From contig NC_091472.1 of assembly GCF_036971445.1 (NCBI RefSeq), forward strand, positions 91,636,001 through 91,700,000: a stretch of DNA of 64,000 bases, read 5' to 3'. Below are positions 37,906 to 51,499 of this stretch, one piece after another (position 1 is the stretch's first letter; each line of letters starts with the position of its first letter). The notes beneath the pieces are model-generated. The model was not told the DNA's origin and made no database searches. It saw nothing but the letters and a program-made list of their open reading frames with translations. The translations under genes were made by a program, and so were the position numbers. The stretch is from Narcine bancroftii. Taxonomy: Eukaryota.

Positions 37906-40900
37906 GTACCATGGCGGGAGATTGGGATCAGGGCTAGGTTCCCGAGCCACTCATCCAGTTTGATGAGCATTTCTGATGGCGCATCCTCCTGCCCGCAAGC
38001 ACCATGGGGGGGGGGGGGATTCCATATACCAACTCCACCAATGAAGACTTCAGCTCCTCCTTGGGACCTGTCCGGATGGCGAGCAGCACCCAGGGTAGTT
38101 CATCTACTCAGTCTGGTCTGTGAAGGCATGACATTAGGGTGGCCTTTAAAAGCCTGTGGAAGAGCTCGACCAAGCCATTTGACTGTGGGTGATAGGCCAT
38201 TGACCAGTGAAGCTGTGTTTCCAGCAAGTGCAACAGTGTGGTCCATAGTGCGGATGTGATTAACATATTCCTATCCGAGGTGATGTGAGCCAGGAGGCCG
38301 AAACGCGCCACCCAGGTGGAAACTGGCACATGACTCTGTGGAGGCGTCTGCAAGGGGAACCACCTCGGATCATTTTGTGAATATGTCCACCATGGAGAAC
38401 AGGTATCTCGCTCCACTTGGCTCTGGCAGGGGGCCCACAATGTCCATGTGCACATGCTCGAATCTTCGCTGTGTAGTCTGGAAGGGCTGGAGCGGGGCCT
38501 TCAAATGCTGCTGCACCTTGGTGGTTTGGCAGTCCATGGAAATTCTGGCCCAGTGCCTGACCCGTTTGTGGAGGAATTTACGGTACATCATCTTCTGGCC
38601 TGCTGTTAGTGTCCTCCTGATGACTGATATCTGTGGCACACTTGTGACTTTTTGAGCTGGTTCGATATACACTTAGGTGAGCTGCCACAGGCAACAATTT
38701 AAGGTGGGAAGGGAAAGATTTAAAAACTACCTAAGGGGCAACTTTTTCCACACAGTGGTTGGTAGGTATGTGGAAGAAGCTGCCAAAGGAAGTGATAGAT
38801 ATGGATACAATTACAATGTTAAGAAACCTTTGGACAGATGCATGGACAGGAAAGGTTTGTCACAAAATGAGCTAAATGTGGGGGGAATGTCACGTGATGA
38901 CATGGGGTTAGACTTTGAATCCCTTCTCTCTCTCCGAAAAAGTTAAAAAAGGTTGAAGTAGTTAAAAAAAAGGAAAAGTTGTCGGAAGACCTAGTGAACA
39001 GTACAAGATGTCACTAAAGAAAGACAAAACACCTGTTACTTTCCAAGAAATTGAACAAGAAAAATAGACAGATAAAGAAAAGAGGCCTACCTTGTGCGCA
39101 GAGCACAAAAAAACGGAGGCAATTTTTAAAAAAGCCCAAGAAGCTCCCAGATCCAGTGATCAGGATGAAGACTGAGAAGAACAGGAATTACATCTAGAAC
39201 AAGGAATTATGGTCAAAAAGTCAGAAAAAATTAAAGAAACTTGTATATCTACAGCTGAAATGAAGAAATACATGGAAAATTTTCAACAATCTTTGGTGCA
39301 ATTAACAGTAGAAGTTAAAAAGTGCAGTGAGAGTATGGTTCAAAATAAGAACTTTACAAAGAAGGTGGATAAAAAATTTGAAGTTGTTGAAGAGAAAATT
39401 AAAGGAAATGAATATGAAATTCAAAATGTTAAAGAACAGATGAAAAAAATTCCAGCTGAAGCAGCTGCAACAAAAGATCAACTAAGTCAAAAAATGGACA
39501 TTTTAGAAAATTTTAGTAGAAGGAATAACAAAAATTGTTGGACTTAAAGAAGGTGTGAAGGTCAAGACATAAAGAGGTTTTTGCAATGTTGGATTCTGCA
39601 ATCTTTGGGGCTAACTGAATTTCAAGGAGACATTGAGATTGAAAGAAAGCATAGAGCATTATGACCGAAGCTGCAACCATGTCCAATTCTGGTCAAATTA
39701 CTTTGTTATGAAGTGAGAGAAAAGAGCTTGGAACTGATGGCAAAGCAAGTGAAAGAAAGACAATCTCCATTCATTTATAATGGAAATAAGATCTTCTTTT
39801 ACTCTGACATAAGTTTTGATTTGTTGGAAAAAATGAAAAGAATTCAATGCTGTTAAAAATGTGTTGTGGAAGAAAGGTTACTTTTTTTTGTTCTAAGGTA
39901 CCCGGCAGTTTTTGTTCATGTTGGGAAAAATAGATTTTTTACGAAACCCAGTGACGAAAAGGTGTTTGCAGATTCATTGCCTGAGAAAGAGAGGCAAGAA
40001 GTGAGTGATGTTTGAAATGAGAGATGATGCAGAAGGATTATAGAGAGGGAAAGAGCAAATGTTAAAAAAAAAAGTTTTTTTGAGAGAGCAAATTTTAGGG
40101 AGGAAAGTTTTTAACCTGAAAGGTCCATAAATGAGTAAAAATTTGTAATTGGCAAAGACTGTATAGATCCAATACAACAAGAGACAGTACAGTAATTCAA
40201 GAGAGTTTGTTGGGAATGTAGGCCTAACTTCTAAGGAGTCACGAGTGCTGGTGTGGTTTCGACCGCAACTCCTATAGATCAGGGTTTTAAGAATGTATCA
40301 TTAATAATGTATGCCTTTGATGGTGGTTGTTGGGGGGGGGGGGGGGGGCTTTCTATCCTTTTCTGTTTTTCTTTCTTTTCTCTTTTTCAAATCACAAATA
40401 TTCCAAAATATAATATTAGGATTTTAAAAATGAGAGAGAGAGATGGGAGTGGAAAGATGGATGTTTACTAGATTTAGTAAAGTGATGGCTGGAAAATTGA
40501 ATTTTATTAGTCTTAATATTAATGGGATACAGAATCAAATAAAGCAGAAAAAATATTAGTGTATATAAAAAAGGGAAAAATAGATATTGCCTTATTCCAA
40601 GAAACACATTTGACAGAAAAAGAACATGAAAAATTTAAAAAAGATTGGGTTGGAACTGTATTAGCATCTTCATTTAATTCAAAACCTAGAGGTACAGAAA
40701 TATTGATAAATAAAAATTTACCAGGGAAAATACTAGATACAATTGTAGAAGTAGCAGGCAGATATGTTATGGTAAAGATTTATTCAGAATAATGGACCTT
40801 AATTAATGTATATGCACTTAATGTAGATGATGGTAAATTTTTACAAGATATCTTTATGCAATTATCAAATGCTAAGGGAATAATATTAGGGGGAGATTTT

Positions 40901-42011
40901 AATTTTACTTTAGACCCTAAAGTAGATAGATCAGGAGATAAAATGATGAAAAATAAAGTAGCTAAAATTGTAATAGATGTAGTAGATATGGGGTTAGTAG
41001 ATATTTGGAGAAGAATCCATCCAAGATCATTATTTTTATTCTTTTTGGCATAAAACATATTCATGAGAACAAAAGGTTGAATATCGAACGTGAGCTCTAT
41101 CTCATTATTCACCTCTAATTTTATCAATTTTATTAGAGGAAGAACAAAAGACAGGTTATAGGTGGAGGTTAAATACAAAATTACTGAAGAAAAAATAAAT
41201 TTGTGACTTTATGAGTCAACATAAATTCCTTTCTTGAAACTAATAATGATTCAGTAATGAGTAAGTTTGTAATATAGAATTCTATTAAGGCATATTGAAG
41301 AGGTCAAATAATAAGTTATATTTCAAAAGTAAAGAAGGAATATATGAAATAAGTAGATCAGTTGGAAAAAGAAATAATGAAATTGGAGAAGGAATTACAA
41401 GAGAAAAAAATGAGGTGAAAATAAAATTGTTAGAATCAAAAAAATTAAGAGTTAATACAATAAAAATATAGAATGGAGGGGGATATAATGAGATCGTGAC
41501 AAAAATATTATGAATTAGGTGAAAGGGCTCATAAAGTAATACCATGACAATTAAAAGGAGACCAAGTTTCTAGATCAATAATTGCCACTAAGTAAACAAC
41601 TGGTCAAATTACTTATAAAACACTGGAAATAAATGATAATTTTAAAGAATTCTATGCTAAACTTTATCAATCAGAATCTTTGAAAGATGATAATAAAATA
41701 GAAGAGTATTTGTGACAAGTTAAATTACCTGTGTTAGACGAAGATTGTCTTATATTTTTTTGAAATAGAAGTCTATAAGTCCCTGATGTCATTACAGAAT
41801 AACAAAGCGCCAGGTGAAGATTGCTTTCCATCAGAATTCTATAAAGAATTTAAAGAGTTATTAGAACCTGTATTAATGGGGGTATTAGACTAAATGAGAA
41901 AGGTACATGACCTACCAGAATCTTCTAAAAAGTGTTAATCACAGTAATTCCGAAGAAAGGGAAATATTATTTACAACCTTCTTCATACAGACCCATATCA
42001 TTATTGAATCC

Positions 42012-42689
42012 TGTTATGAGCCCAGAGAACTCCAAACCCCAGCAGCAAAAGACAAATAGTTATTTAAACAAAAGTTGCTTTTAATTATCTTTAAATATGA
42101 AAACAGGATCACACTTTAACTTATCACTATTAACTTAACTAACCTAACTTAACCCCCTTTTACTTCTAAGTGCACATATATGTAATGAGTATGTAAGTTT
42201 AGAAAAGTTCTTTAATTCACAGTCCAATCTCACTTCTCATTCCTCCAAGTTTACTGTTTACAGGCTATTCTTATACTGTGCAGAGAATTTAACATTTATG
42301 AAGTTCATCAGACTTTGGTGCTTGAAAGGTAAATGGTTACTGCTCAGGAAGATTCCAGTTGGTTTTCAGAGAGTGATTTATTGTTCCTCGGCACAAACTG
42401 GTCCCTTTTAATCAGCCATGTCAGTGTCTTGCCGAAGAAACTTGCCCCATCAGGGTTTTCCAGTTGATAATCCCTTTCTTTCAGGTCACCACAGTGTTCC
42501 TATTTGTTTCTCTTATTTCAAGTGAAATATTAGGCAGCCAGTCCTCTCCTCTCACATGAACCACAAGGGCTTTGACCAGGCTGAACTAAGCACTCACGAC
42601 CCGTCTTCCAAATGGGGTTTTTCTACAAGCTTTCCAGCTTGTGCTGTTCCAGTCCCAGTTGCTGCTGCTGACTGTAGCACTGCAGAACT

Positions 42690-42723
<34 letters not shown>

Positions 42724-43751
42724 AGAGAGAGAAAAAAAACCTGTTTGACTCTTTCTGCTTCGAAAACCACAGGACCCTTTTAGAACAGCAAGCTGCACTC
42801 CAGTCAGTCTGTGGCTCCGATCTACTCTTCATCTGTTGATTTTTGAAACAACAATCCATTAGAGAAGTCTCCTGGACACTCCCCAAAGTTTTGCAAAGTC
42901 CCCCAGGAGCTGCCTTGTCTGGCTTGAGCAGAGCTCTAGTATTTTAATTGAGATCTATTTTGAAATGTTTGTATGTGGCCTACACTAAAAAAAAACCTTC
43001 CCCAATTTATCTCCCAAAAACATATCTTCTTCTTCTTTGGCTTGGCTTCGCGGACGAAGATTTATGGAGGGGGTAAAAAGTCCACGTCAGCTGCAGGCTC
43101 GTTTGTGGCTGACCAGTCCGATGCGGGACAGGCAGACACGATTGCAGCGGTTGCAAGGGAAAATTGGTTGGTTGGGGTTGGGTGTTGGGTTTTTCCTCCT
43201 TTGCCTTTTGTCAGTGAGGTGGGCTCTGCGGTCTTCTTCAAAGGAGGCTGCTGCCCGCCAAACTGTGAGGCGCCAAGATGCACGGTTTGAGGCGTTATCA
43301 GCCCACTGGCGGTGGTCAATGTGGCAGGCACCAAGAGATTTCTTTAGGCAGTCCTTGTACCTTTTCTTTGGTGCACCTCTGTCACGGTGGCCAGTGGAGA
43401 GCTCGCCATATAATACGATCTTGGGAAGGCGATGATCCTCCATTCTGGAGACGTGACCCATCCAGCGCAGCTGGATCTTCAGCAGCGTGGACTCGATGCT
43501 GTCGACCTCTGCCATCTCGAGTACCTCGACGTTAGGGGTGTGAGCGCTCCAATGGATGTTGAGGATGGAGCGGAGACAACGCTGGTGGAAGCGTTCTAGG
43601 AGCCGTAGGTGGTGCCGGTAGAGGACCCATGATTCGGAGCCGAACAGGAGTGTGGGTATGACAACGGCTCTGTATACGCTTATACAACGGCTCTGTATAC
43701 GCTTATATCTGTATATCTATATACAATACAAACACAGCATAATCTGTCACA
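42012..43751. mobile_element. Probable long solo LTR (about 1.06 kb without the nested RTE) inserted in L1 ORF2
   Basis: TGTTA..TGTCACA termini; it splits the L1 motif LLN|MDYKI; TSD degraded. Confidence 0.6.
43026..43706 (-). mobile_element. RTE LINE, 5'-truncated, with tandem-duplicated 5' junction
   Basis: Near-identical to the 36969-37666 copy; (GAA)n tail. Confidence 0.93.
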
Positions 43752-46171
43752 ATATGGATTATAAAATTGTGTCAAAATTATTAGCTAATTAATTAGTTAA
43801 ATTTTTACCAAAATTAATAAATATGGATCAAATGGGTCTTATGAAAAATAGAAGAGCAGCAGATAGTATAGTTAAATTTTTAAGTTTGATAAATATAGCA
43901 CAAAATAGAAAGATATCTGCAGTAGTGTTTGTGTTAGATGCAGAGAAAGCATTTGATAGACTGGAATGGGATTTTTTGTTTAAAACACTTAATGTTTTTG
44001 GGATTCCAAATACTATTGTAAATTGAATAAAAGTGTTGTATGATCAGTCAAAAGCAAAAGTGGATATGAATAGACAAATATCAAAACCTTTTTTATTAGA
44101 AAGGTCTTCAAGACAACATTGCCCATTGCCACCTTTTTTATTTGCATTAGTAATAGAGTCATTAGCAGAAATAATTAGAATTGATAAAGAAATTAAGGGA
44201 TTGAGATAAGTAATAAAAAAACATAAAATTAGTTTGTTTGTGGATGATGTTATAGTATATTTAACAAGACCAGAAATATTTTTGAATAAATTGAATATGA
44301 GATTAAAAGAATATGGATTAGTATCGGATTATAAAGTTAATGTCCATAAAGGTGAGGTGATGCCTCTGGTGGATATGGATTATTCACAATGTAAAAGATT
44401 GGCAAAATCTAAGTGGCAAAATGAAGCAATTAAATGTTTAGGAATAAAAATTATTAGGAATATAAATAATTGATTTAAGTTAAATTATTCACCACTATTG
44501 AAAAAGATAGAAGAAGATCTGAGAAGATGGAATGATTTACCAATAATGTTAATAGGATGGGTGAATTGTATTAAGATGAATATTTTTCCTAGAATACAAC
44601 ATTTATTTAAATCGTTACCCATTCATGTACCAGAAATAATTTTTTGGGTTTGAATAAAATTGTACGAGAATTTATTTGGAAAATTAAAATGTCAAGAATT
44701 GGTCTCTAAAAATTAACATGGAAATTTAATGAGGGAGGACTAAGATTATCGAATTTTAAAAATTATAATAAAGCAGCTCAATTATGATTTTTTTGTCCTC
44801 CTGTTATCAATTGGGTGAGAAAACAGCTCGGGTTCAGGTTGAAATGAATAAAATTGGAGCAACTATCCCAGAACAAATTTTGTATAAATGGAATAGTGAA
44901 TTTTTTAAAGGAAATATGGAGTACCAATTCTAAAACATATATTGAAAATATGGAATGGAATTCATATGGAGAGAGGGATTAAAAATTATAAATTACCTAA
45001 AATGTTTTTAAAACAAAATCAACTTATTCCTTTCACTTTGAATAATTCTTTATTTGATAATTGGTATAATAAAGGTATACAGAGAATAAAAGATTGCTTT
45101 TTTTGGATTAAAAAAAACTTTTGAGCAATTAAAAGATAAATATAATATACAAAATAATACAATTTTTGCACATACTCCCAGAACAAAGTCAATTTGAAGG
45201 TATAATAACAGATGCACCTATTATTAAGAAATTTATTACTAATATGTATATAAAATTTCAAGAAACTACAAGGAAAAAAAATATATAAATCAAAATTACG
45301 ATGAGAGAAAAATTTAAATATACAAATTCAGGAGGAAGTTTGGTCAAAACTGTCAAGAAAGTGTTACAAATACAGTTAATGCTAGATATCAAATGGTTCA
45401 GTATAATTTTCTTCATCAATTATATTATACTCCACATAAATTGAATGGGCTTAATTCTAATTATCTGGCTAAGTGTTTTTTGATGTACCAATGAAATAGG
45501 GACTTTTTTACATTCGGTCTGGTCCTGTGAGAAAGTGAAATGATTTGAGTGTATTGTTAGGACAAATTATGAAGATAAAAATGCAAACAGATCCAAGAAT
45601 ATTTTTACTTGGGAATATATATGAAAAAGATATAAAACTGAAATTGGATAAATATCAAGAAATTTTTAAAAAATATAGCAATAGCAATGGCAAAGAAATG
45701 TATAGAGGTAACATGGAAAACAGAGTGTGGTACAATTAGACAGGTGGAATATTGAAATGGAAAATTGTATACCTTTAGAAAAAATTACATATAGTTTAAG
45801 AAATTGAATTGAAAACTTTTATAAAATTTGGAAACCATACATGGATTTTATCAATAAAATTCCATCCACTTTTCCACCGTACTCACCCCTCTCAATTAGA
45901 AATTATAAAAAATAATCAGTGAATATTATATATGTTAATAATATTATATATGTAGAAGTAGGTGTTCTTTTCTTTCTTTTGGGGAATAGGGATTGGGATG
46001 AATTTTTTTGTATAATTTTGTATGATTTACAATAATTACTGTATTATTGAATCTTTTTTGTATTGATACAAATGAGCTGAATGTAGGCACGTTAGACCAG
46101 CTGGAGTAGATAATTTGGTCAGCAGAGACAAGTTGGGCTAATGGGCCTGTTTCATGCTGTAAAACTCGATA

Positions 46172-47492
46172 GCCCCTTTCACACTGGCACTTGAACCCAG
46201 TAATTAACTGGTATTTTACCGGTTCATATACCAGTGTGAATGCTCTCAAACTGGTATGAGAGCTCCAAATTGATCCAGGAATTAACTGCCAAGGGAGAGT
46301 GTGTCATTGCCGATCTGTTTCAAATCAGCTCCAATGTGAATGAGTGACCTGGAATGCCTGGTCCCATCACTGACGCGCTGATGATGTTCTTGCGTGAGTG
46401 GGAGGTTCTTAAAGAGGCAGGGAATAGAAAGACCAAAAAATGTTTTTTTACTCAGCATTTCTCATGATCTTAGACTCATTTGCTTTTTCCAAAAAAATGG
46501 CTTAAAAATATCCCCCCAATTTTATATGCCAGATTGAAATCAGGGTGATAATGGTGAGTAATTCTGACATTAATGCTGTTGGTCCTCACACTGGTCATTG
46601 TTGTGTTGAGAAAGTGTCAGGTCCATGAGAGATAAGTCTGGACACAGGGTTTGCTAACAAAAGCTTTTTTTTATCAACACACAATTAATAGAAGAGTGTG
46701 GGGAAAATCATAGCAGGAATGAAACACACACACACGCACAATTTATAAAAGAGCATGGAAAAATGCGCACAATTTAATAAGACATGCACACACAATGTAT
46801 AAAGGAATGTGGGAAAATACATGCATAAATTAATAAAACATATGCACACAATTTATAAAAGAGCATGGGAAAATCTACTGCAAGTATTGATCTATATACC
46901 ACCCTAAGTAATCCCTTACTAATCACTACTACCTATCATTGGGGGCTGGTGGTGTGCTGTCAGTAGGGGAGCAGGGTGGTGAGCTTCAGACTGTTCAATC
47001 TGAGGACAAGCCCACAGACCAGCTTGCTCACAATCTGGTAGACCTAGTGTCAAATCTTTGTGCTTTATGAATGCCATCACAATCTGGCAGACCTAGTGTT
47101 AAAATCTAGGGTTAGGCCTTCCCACACTTTTATTGTTTTATTGCTGCTACCACTTTCCCACGCTCGCTATGAACTGTGCGTGCATACGTGCGTGTGTGAG
47201 TGTGTTATCCCCGATACCATTTTCCCACACCCGTCTTTGGTAACTAAAATCATTTCATACAAAATGCACTGAGTCATTGCTTTTGAAACCCATTGAATCT
47301 GTTTTCTCAGTCATTAGAGCCAGACATAGACCCCCCCCCACCTGAAGAGTGAGGGGCTGGAGTGAGGCGTGGGTGATCTCCTTATAGAACAAAGTATTCG
47401 CTGCCTGTGAGTACATATGTCACTCAGATCGTCGCCACTGGATGTTGGGCTCCCCTTAGCTCCGTGATACTGGGTTGGTAATGTGAAAGGGC
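46172..47492. mobile_element. Possible PIF/Harbinger-like non-autonomous element with internal tandem and inverted repeats
   Basis: GCCCCTTTCACA ... TGTGAAAGGGC termini; sub-terminal CAGTGTGAA repeats; TSD unclear. Confidence 0.4.
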
Positions 47493-47696
47493 ACTGGAAC
47501 TAGGTTTTCTTGGTTCAGTGCGATCAGCCCTTCAGATTCTAACCACCCCTGAATGAAAGATCAAGCTCAAAAATCACCATACCAATCAATCTTGGATTTT
47601 TGGAATCAACTGTTTTAAGCTATATTTGATTTTTCTTGACACCTTAAATCAAATCAGCTCTCAAGTTTCCAAATTCCAGGTAACATTTTAGTTAGG

Positions 47697-47896
47697 TGTA
47701 GTGAAGTGGGATTCACTAGAAGTGTGCTGTACTGATAACTAGTCCCGCCTCCCGACTTCTCCCCCTGGTGCCCATATATAACTCTGCCTAAACCCAGAAC
47801 CCCTCTGAAGCCTGTTCGTGAAGCCTACCTGTGTTTTAAGCTAATAAAAGTGTTTGTTCTCCCTCCAGTCGAATGTGAGCTTTTATCTACGCTACA
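47697..47896 (+). mobile_element. Solo LTR (Gypsy-type)
   Basis: TGTAGTG..CGCTACA termini, perfect 5-bp TSD TTAGG, TATATAA box, AATAAA. Confidence 0.85.
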
Positions 47897-48847
47897 TTAG
47901 GCAATCTCTTCAAATAATTTAACTTTTGGATAAATCTGTGCTGTACTTCATCAAGGCACATACTTCTTTCCTAAGATTTAGTACCCAGAACCACATAGAT
48001 GTTTATCGCCTAGTCTAACCAGGATTTTGCATATCTCATTATTGTCCTGTCCTCTAACTACAAGTGCCATCATTCCATTTGTCTTCTTGATTACTTTCTT
48101 TTTCTGTCTGTGAGATCTATGTACATAGACCCCTAGATCTTTTTGCTTTCATGTTTTCACCATTTGGAAGGTCATATTTTTTTCTTTTAAGCCCTCAATT
48201 TTTTCCATATTGGAATCAAATTGCCACAGATTTATACAGCTGCTCCTTCTGTTTATATCCCTGTAGATCCATAGAACACAATAGCACTGAAACAGGTCCT
48301 ATGGGCCTTCTAGTCTGAACTATTTTTCTGCCACATCCCACTGATCTGCACCCAGACCATATCCCTGTGTACCCCTCACATCCATGTACCTGTCCAAACT
48401 TTTTTTTAAATGTCAAAATTGATGCTGCATTTACCAATTCTGCTGGCAGTTCATTCCACATTCCCACCACTCTCTGCATGAAGAAATTCCCTCTATATTC
48501 CTTTAAACTCTTCAATGTTCACCCATGTCCTCTAGTTTTATCTCACCTAATCTCAATGGAAAAAAAACCTGCTTGCTTTATTCTTTTTACCCCAACATAA
48601 TTATATACCTCTATCAAATCTCCCCTCATTCTTTTGCACTCCAGGGAATAAAGTCCTAACCCATTTAACCTTCAATTCCCAGCAAAATCCTTGTAAATCT
48701 CCTGTAGTTAGGTGAACAAAATAGCACAAATACTCTAAATTTGTGCTCACCAATGTCTTGTACAACTTCACCATAACATCCCAGCTCCAATATTCAATGG
48801 TTTAATTTATGAAAGCCAATGTGCCAAAAGATCTCTTTAAGACTCTA

Positions 48848-50407
48848 CAGTGCCCTCCATAAAGGTTGGGACAAAGACACTTTTTCACTTTATTTGCCCC
48901 TGTGCTCCAGTTTTAAAGTTGTAGTCAAACGATTCACATGTAAATAAAGCACACATTTCAGATTTTATTCAAGGTTATTGGTATACATTTTGGTTTGACC
49001 ATGTAGAAATTACATTATTTTTTAAACATAGTCTCCTTATTTCAGAGCACCATAATATTTAGGACATAGCAATAGTATGTATATTAATTAAAATAGTCAC
49101 GTTCAGTACTTTGGTGCATATCCCTTACATGTAATGACTGCTTGAAGTCTGTGATTCAGATATTAATTACCAGGTGCTGAGTATCTTCTCTGGTGATGCT
49201 CTGCTGGGCATCTACTCCAGCCATCTTCAGCTCTTGCTTGTTTTGGGGGATTGTCCCCTTATGTTTTCTCTTCAGTGTATGGAAAGCATGGCTCAACTGG
49301 AATTAGATTGGTTGACTGACTTGGCCATTCAAGAATGCTCCAGTTTTTAAGCTTTGAAAAACTCCTTTGTTGGTTTTAGCAGTATGTTTGGGATCATTGT
49401 CTTGTTATAGATGAAGTGCTGTCCAATGAGTTTGGAGGCATTTGCTCGAACTTGAGCAGATGTTTCTATAAACTTCAGAATTTGTTTTGCTACTGCCATC
49501 AGCAGTAACATCATCAATGAAGATAAATGTGCCAGTACGTGTAGCTACCATACATGCCAGGCCATCACAGTCCCACCACCATGTTTCATTGATGAGATAG
49601 TATGCTTTAGATCTTGGGTTGTTCCTTCATGCCTCCACACTTTGCTCTTGTCATCATTCTGATACAGGTTGATCTTGGTCTTGTCTGTCCACAAGATCTT
49701 TTTACAGAATTCTGCAGGTTCTTTTAAATACTTTTTGGCAAACTGCAATCTGGCCATCCTGTTTCTGTGGTTTGCATCTTGCATGGCAGCCTCTGTATTT
49801 TTGTTCATGAAGTTTTCTGCAGGCAGTAGCACATTGACACCTGCTTTGTGGGAGTATTTCTGAGGATTTTTCTTCATTATGATGAGAATTTTGTCATCAG
49901 CAGTGAAGGTCTTCGTTGGATTGCCAGTTGCTTTGTGATGACTGAGTTCACCAGTGTGCTCTTTCTTCTTAATAATGTTCCAAACAGTTGATTTTGGTAA
50001 TCTTAATGTTTGGGCAATATCTCTTACTGTTTTATTCTTGTTTTTCAGCCTCATAATGGCTTCTAACTTTCATTGACACAACTCTGGTGCTCATGTTTAA
50101 AAATGGCAGCTATAGATTTCAAGGGTGATTAAAAGGTAAGAAGCAAGCCTAGCTCTCATACCTGCACCAAATGAAGCAATTAAGCATACATGAGTATTCA
50201 CAAACACCTGTGAAGCCAAATATCCCACTATTTATGCATAAAAAGTGCTGTAATTTCAATATGGTCAAACCAAAATAACTTTGAATAAAATCTGGAATGT
50301 GCACTTTAATCCAATGTGAATTCTTTGATTACAAATTTAAAACTGTGGAGCACAGGGGAAAATAAAGGTACAAAGTGTCTTTGTCTCAAACATTAAGAAG
50401 GGCACTA
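48848..50407 (-). mobile_element. Tc1/mariner transposon with long TIRs and a decayed transposase, inserted in a minus-strand CR1 3' end
   Basis: TA|CAGTGCCCTCC..GAAGGGCACTA termini with long imperfect inverted arms; HTH region DIAQTLRLPKSTV, WTDKTKI, KHGGGTVMAW, DNDPKHT, WPSQS. Confidence 0.9.
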
Positions 50408-51499
50408 TGGTGCCACTTTTAGGGAATTATGCCTCTGTATTCCTTGATCCCTCTGTTCTACAACACTCCTCAGTGCCCTACCATTTACAGCGTATGTGCC
50501 ATTTTGCAGCCCATTTTTCCAACTGGAAATTGAAATAATGCAAAAAAGAACGAAAATGACAGAAACACTCAGTCTAAGTTGGCATCAGCAATGAAAAACA
50601 GAACTTAACATTTTTGTTTGAAGACCCCAAAATGTTTTCAGTTTCTCTTTGCATTGGTTCGGCCCAACCTGTTGAGTGTTTCCAACATTTTCTGAAATTA
50701 CCACAATTCTAGTTTCTCCCATTTGAGGAAATATCCACATAACATCTGGACTGTCAGTATCGACAGAATGTTTAAAAATTACCTTCTTAACTCCAGTGAA
50801 TGAAGGTCTAATCCATTTATTTGTTTCTTATTCATCTCAGAAATCATTGCTGAATTATTTTGAAAATAAGAATGGCCTTCCTTAAAATTGGAGACAGGTT
50901 GTAGTCTCAACATCTATAACAATATTTCCACACTTTTGCAATTCATCTCCTTGACTTGTGTCATTCTAACATTTTCTGTTTTAATTTCAGGTTTGCAAGT
51001 TATAGTTATTTCCTTTTGTCTACAGTCTTCATTCAATCATGAATCAACATGGCAGAACATATTACAGCTTGGAGAACTGCTGATTCACAATCTCCAACCA
51101 CCCAGGATTCAATCGTGATCTCGGGCGCTATCTATGTGGAGTTTGCACGTTTTCCAATATAAACATGGGCCTCTCCTCCAGGTGCTCTGGTTTCTCCCAG
51201 ATTCCGTTGATATTTGACCTCTTGTGTCAGTGCGTTGCAGCATCTGGAGAAAAGTTGTGATGCTACTGTAAATGTGTCCTCATCAGCTAGCAGAGAGGCC
51301 TATTTTCACCGTGTGTGTCTCGAACATGGGAGGGCATTCCAGTCAATGCCAACTGTCTGAGTTGGTGGTGATATGTAATTACATATCACCACAGAGTTAT
51401 CCAAATAATTCTGCTTCCCTCAACATTATTTATCATTCTGCAGGTTTTTGGGAATCATGTATCTAATTAAATACTGATAGAATGATGCACTCCAGACAA

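Larger units (their letters stand above)
36440..38675 (-). mobile_element. Decayed CsRn1-like Gypsy 3' half (integrase, PPT, putative 3' LTR 36440-36644), interrupted by an RTE and a solo LTR
   Basis: FEHVHMDIVGPLP, ITSDR, AYHPQSNGLVELFHR, FVPKDL..PLQWPYEG; purine tract GGGGGAGG before TGTGGCGG. Confidence 0.8.
38880..46069 (+). mobile_element. Full-length decayed L1 (ORF1 about 39009-40010; ORF2 about 40484-45860), inserted in a CR1 3' end
   Basis: ORF1 coiled coil, ENFSRRNN and EIER; ORF2 ISLNING, LFQETHL, GGDFN, YRPISLLN, LDAEKAFDRLEW, FVDD, KIWKPYMDF; TSD AAATGAGCT(A/G)AATGT at 38865-38879 and 46070-46084. Confidence 0.88.

Noticed and set aside
46680-46875. CRISPR-like repeat array
   Set aside because: Eukaryotic context, degenerate units, no unique constant-length spacers and no cas genes.
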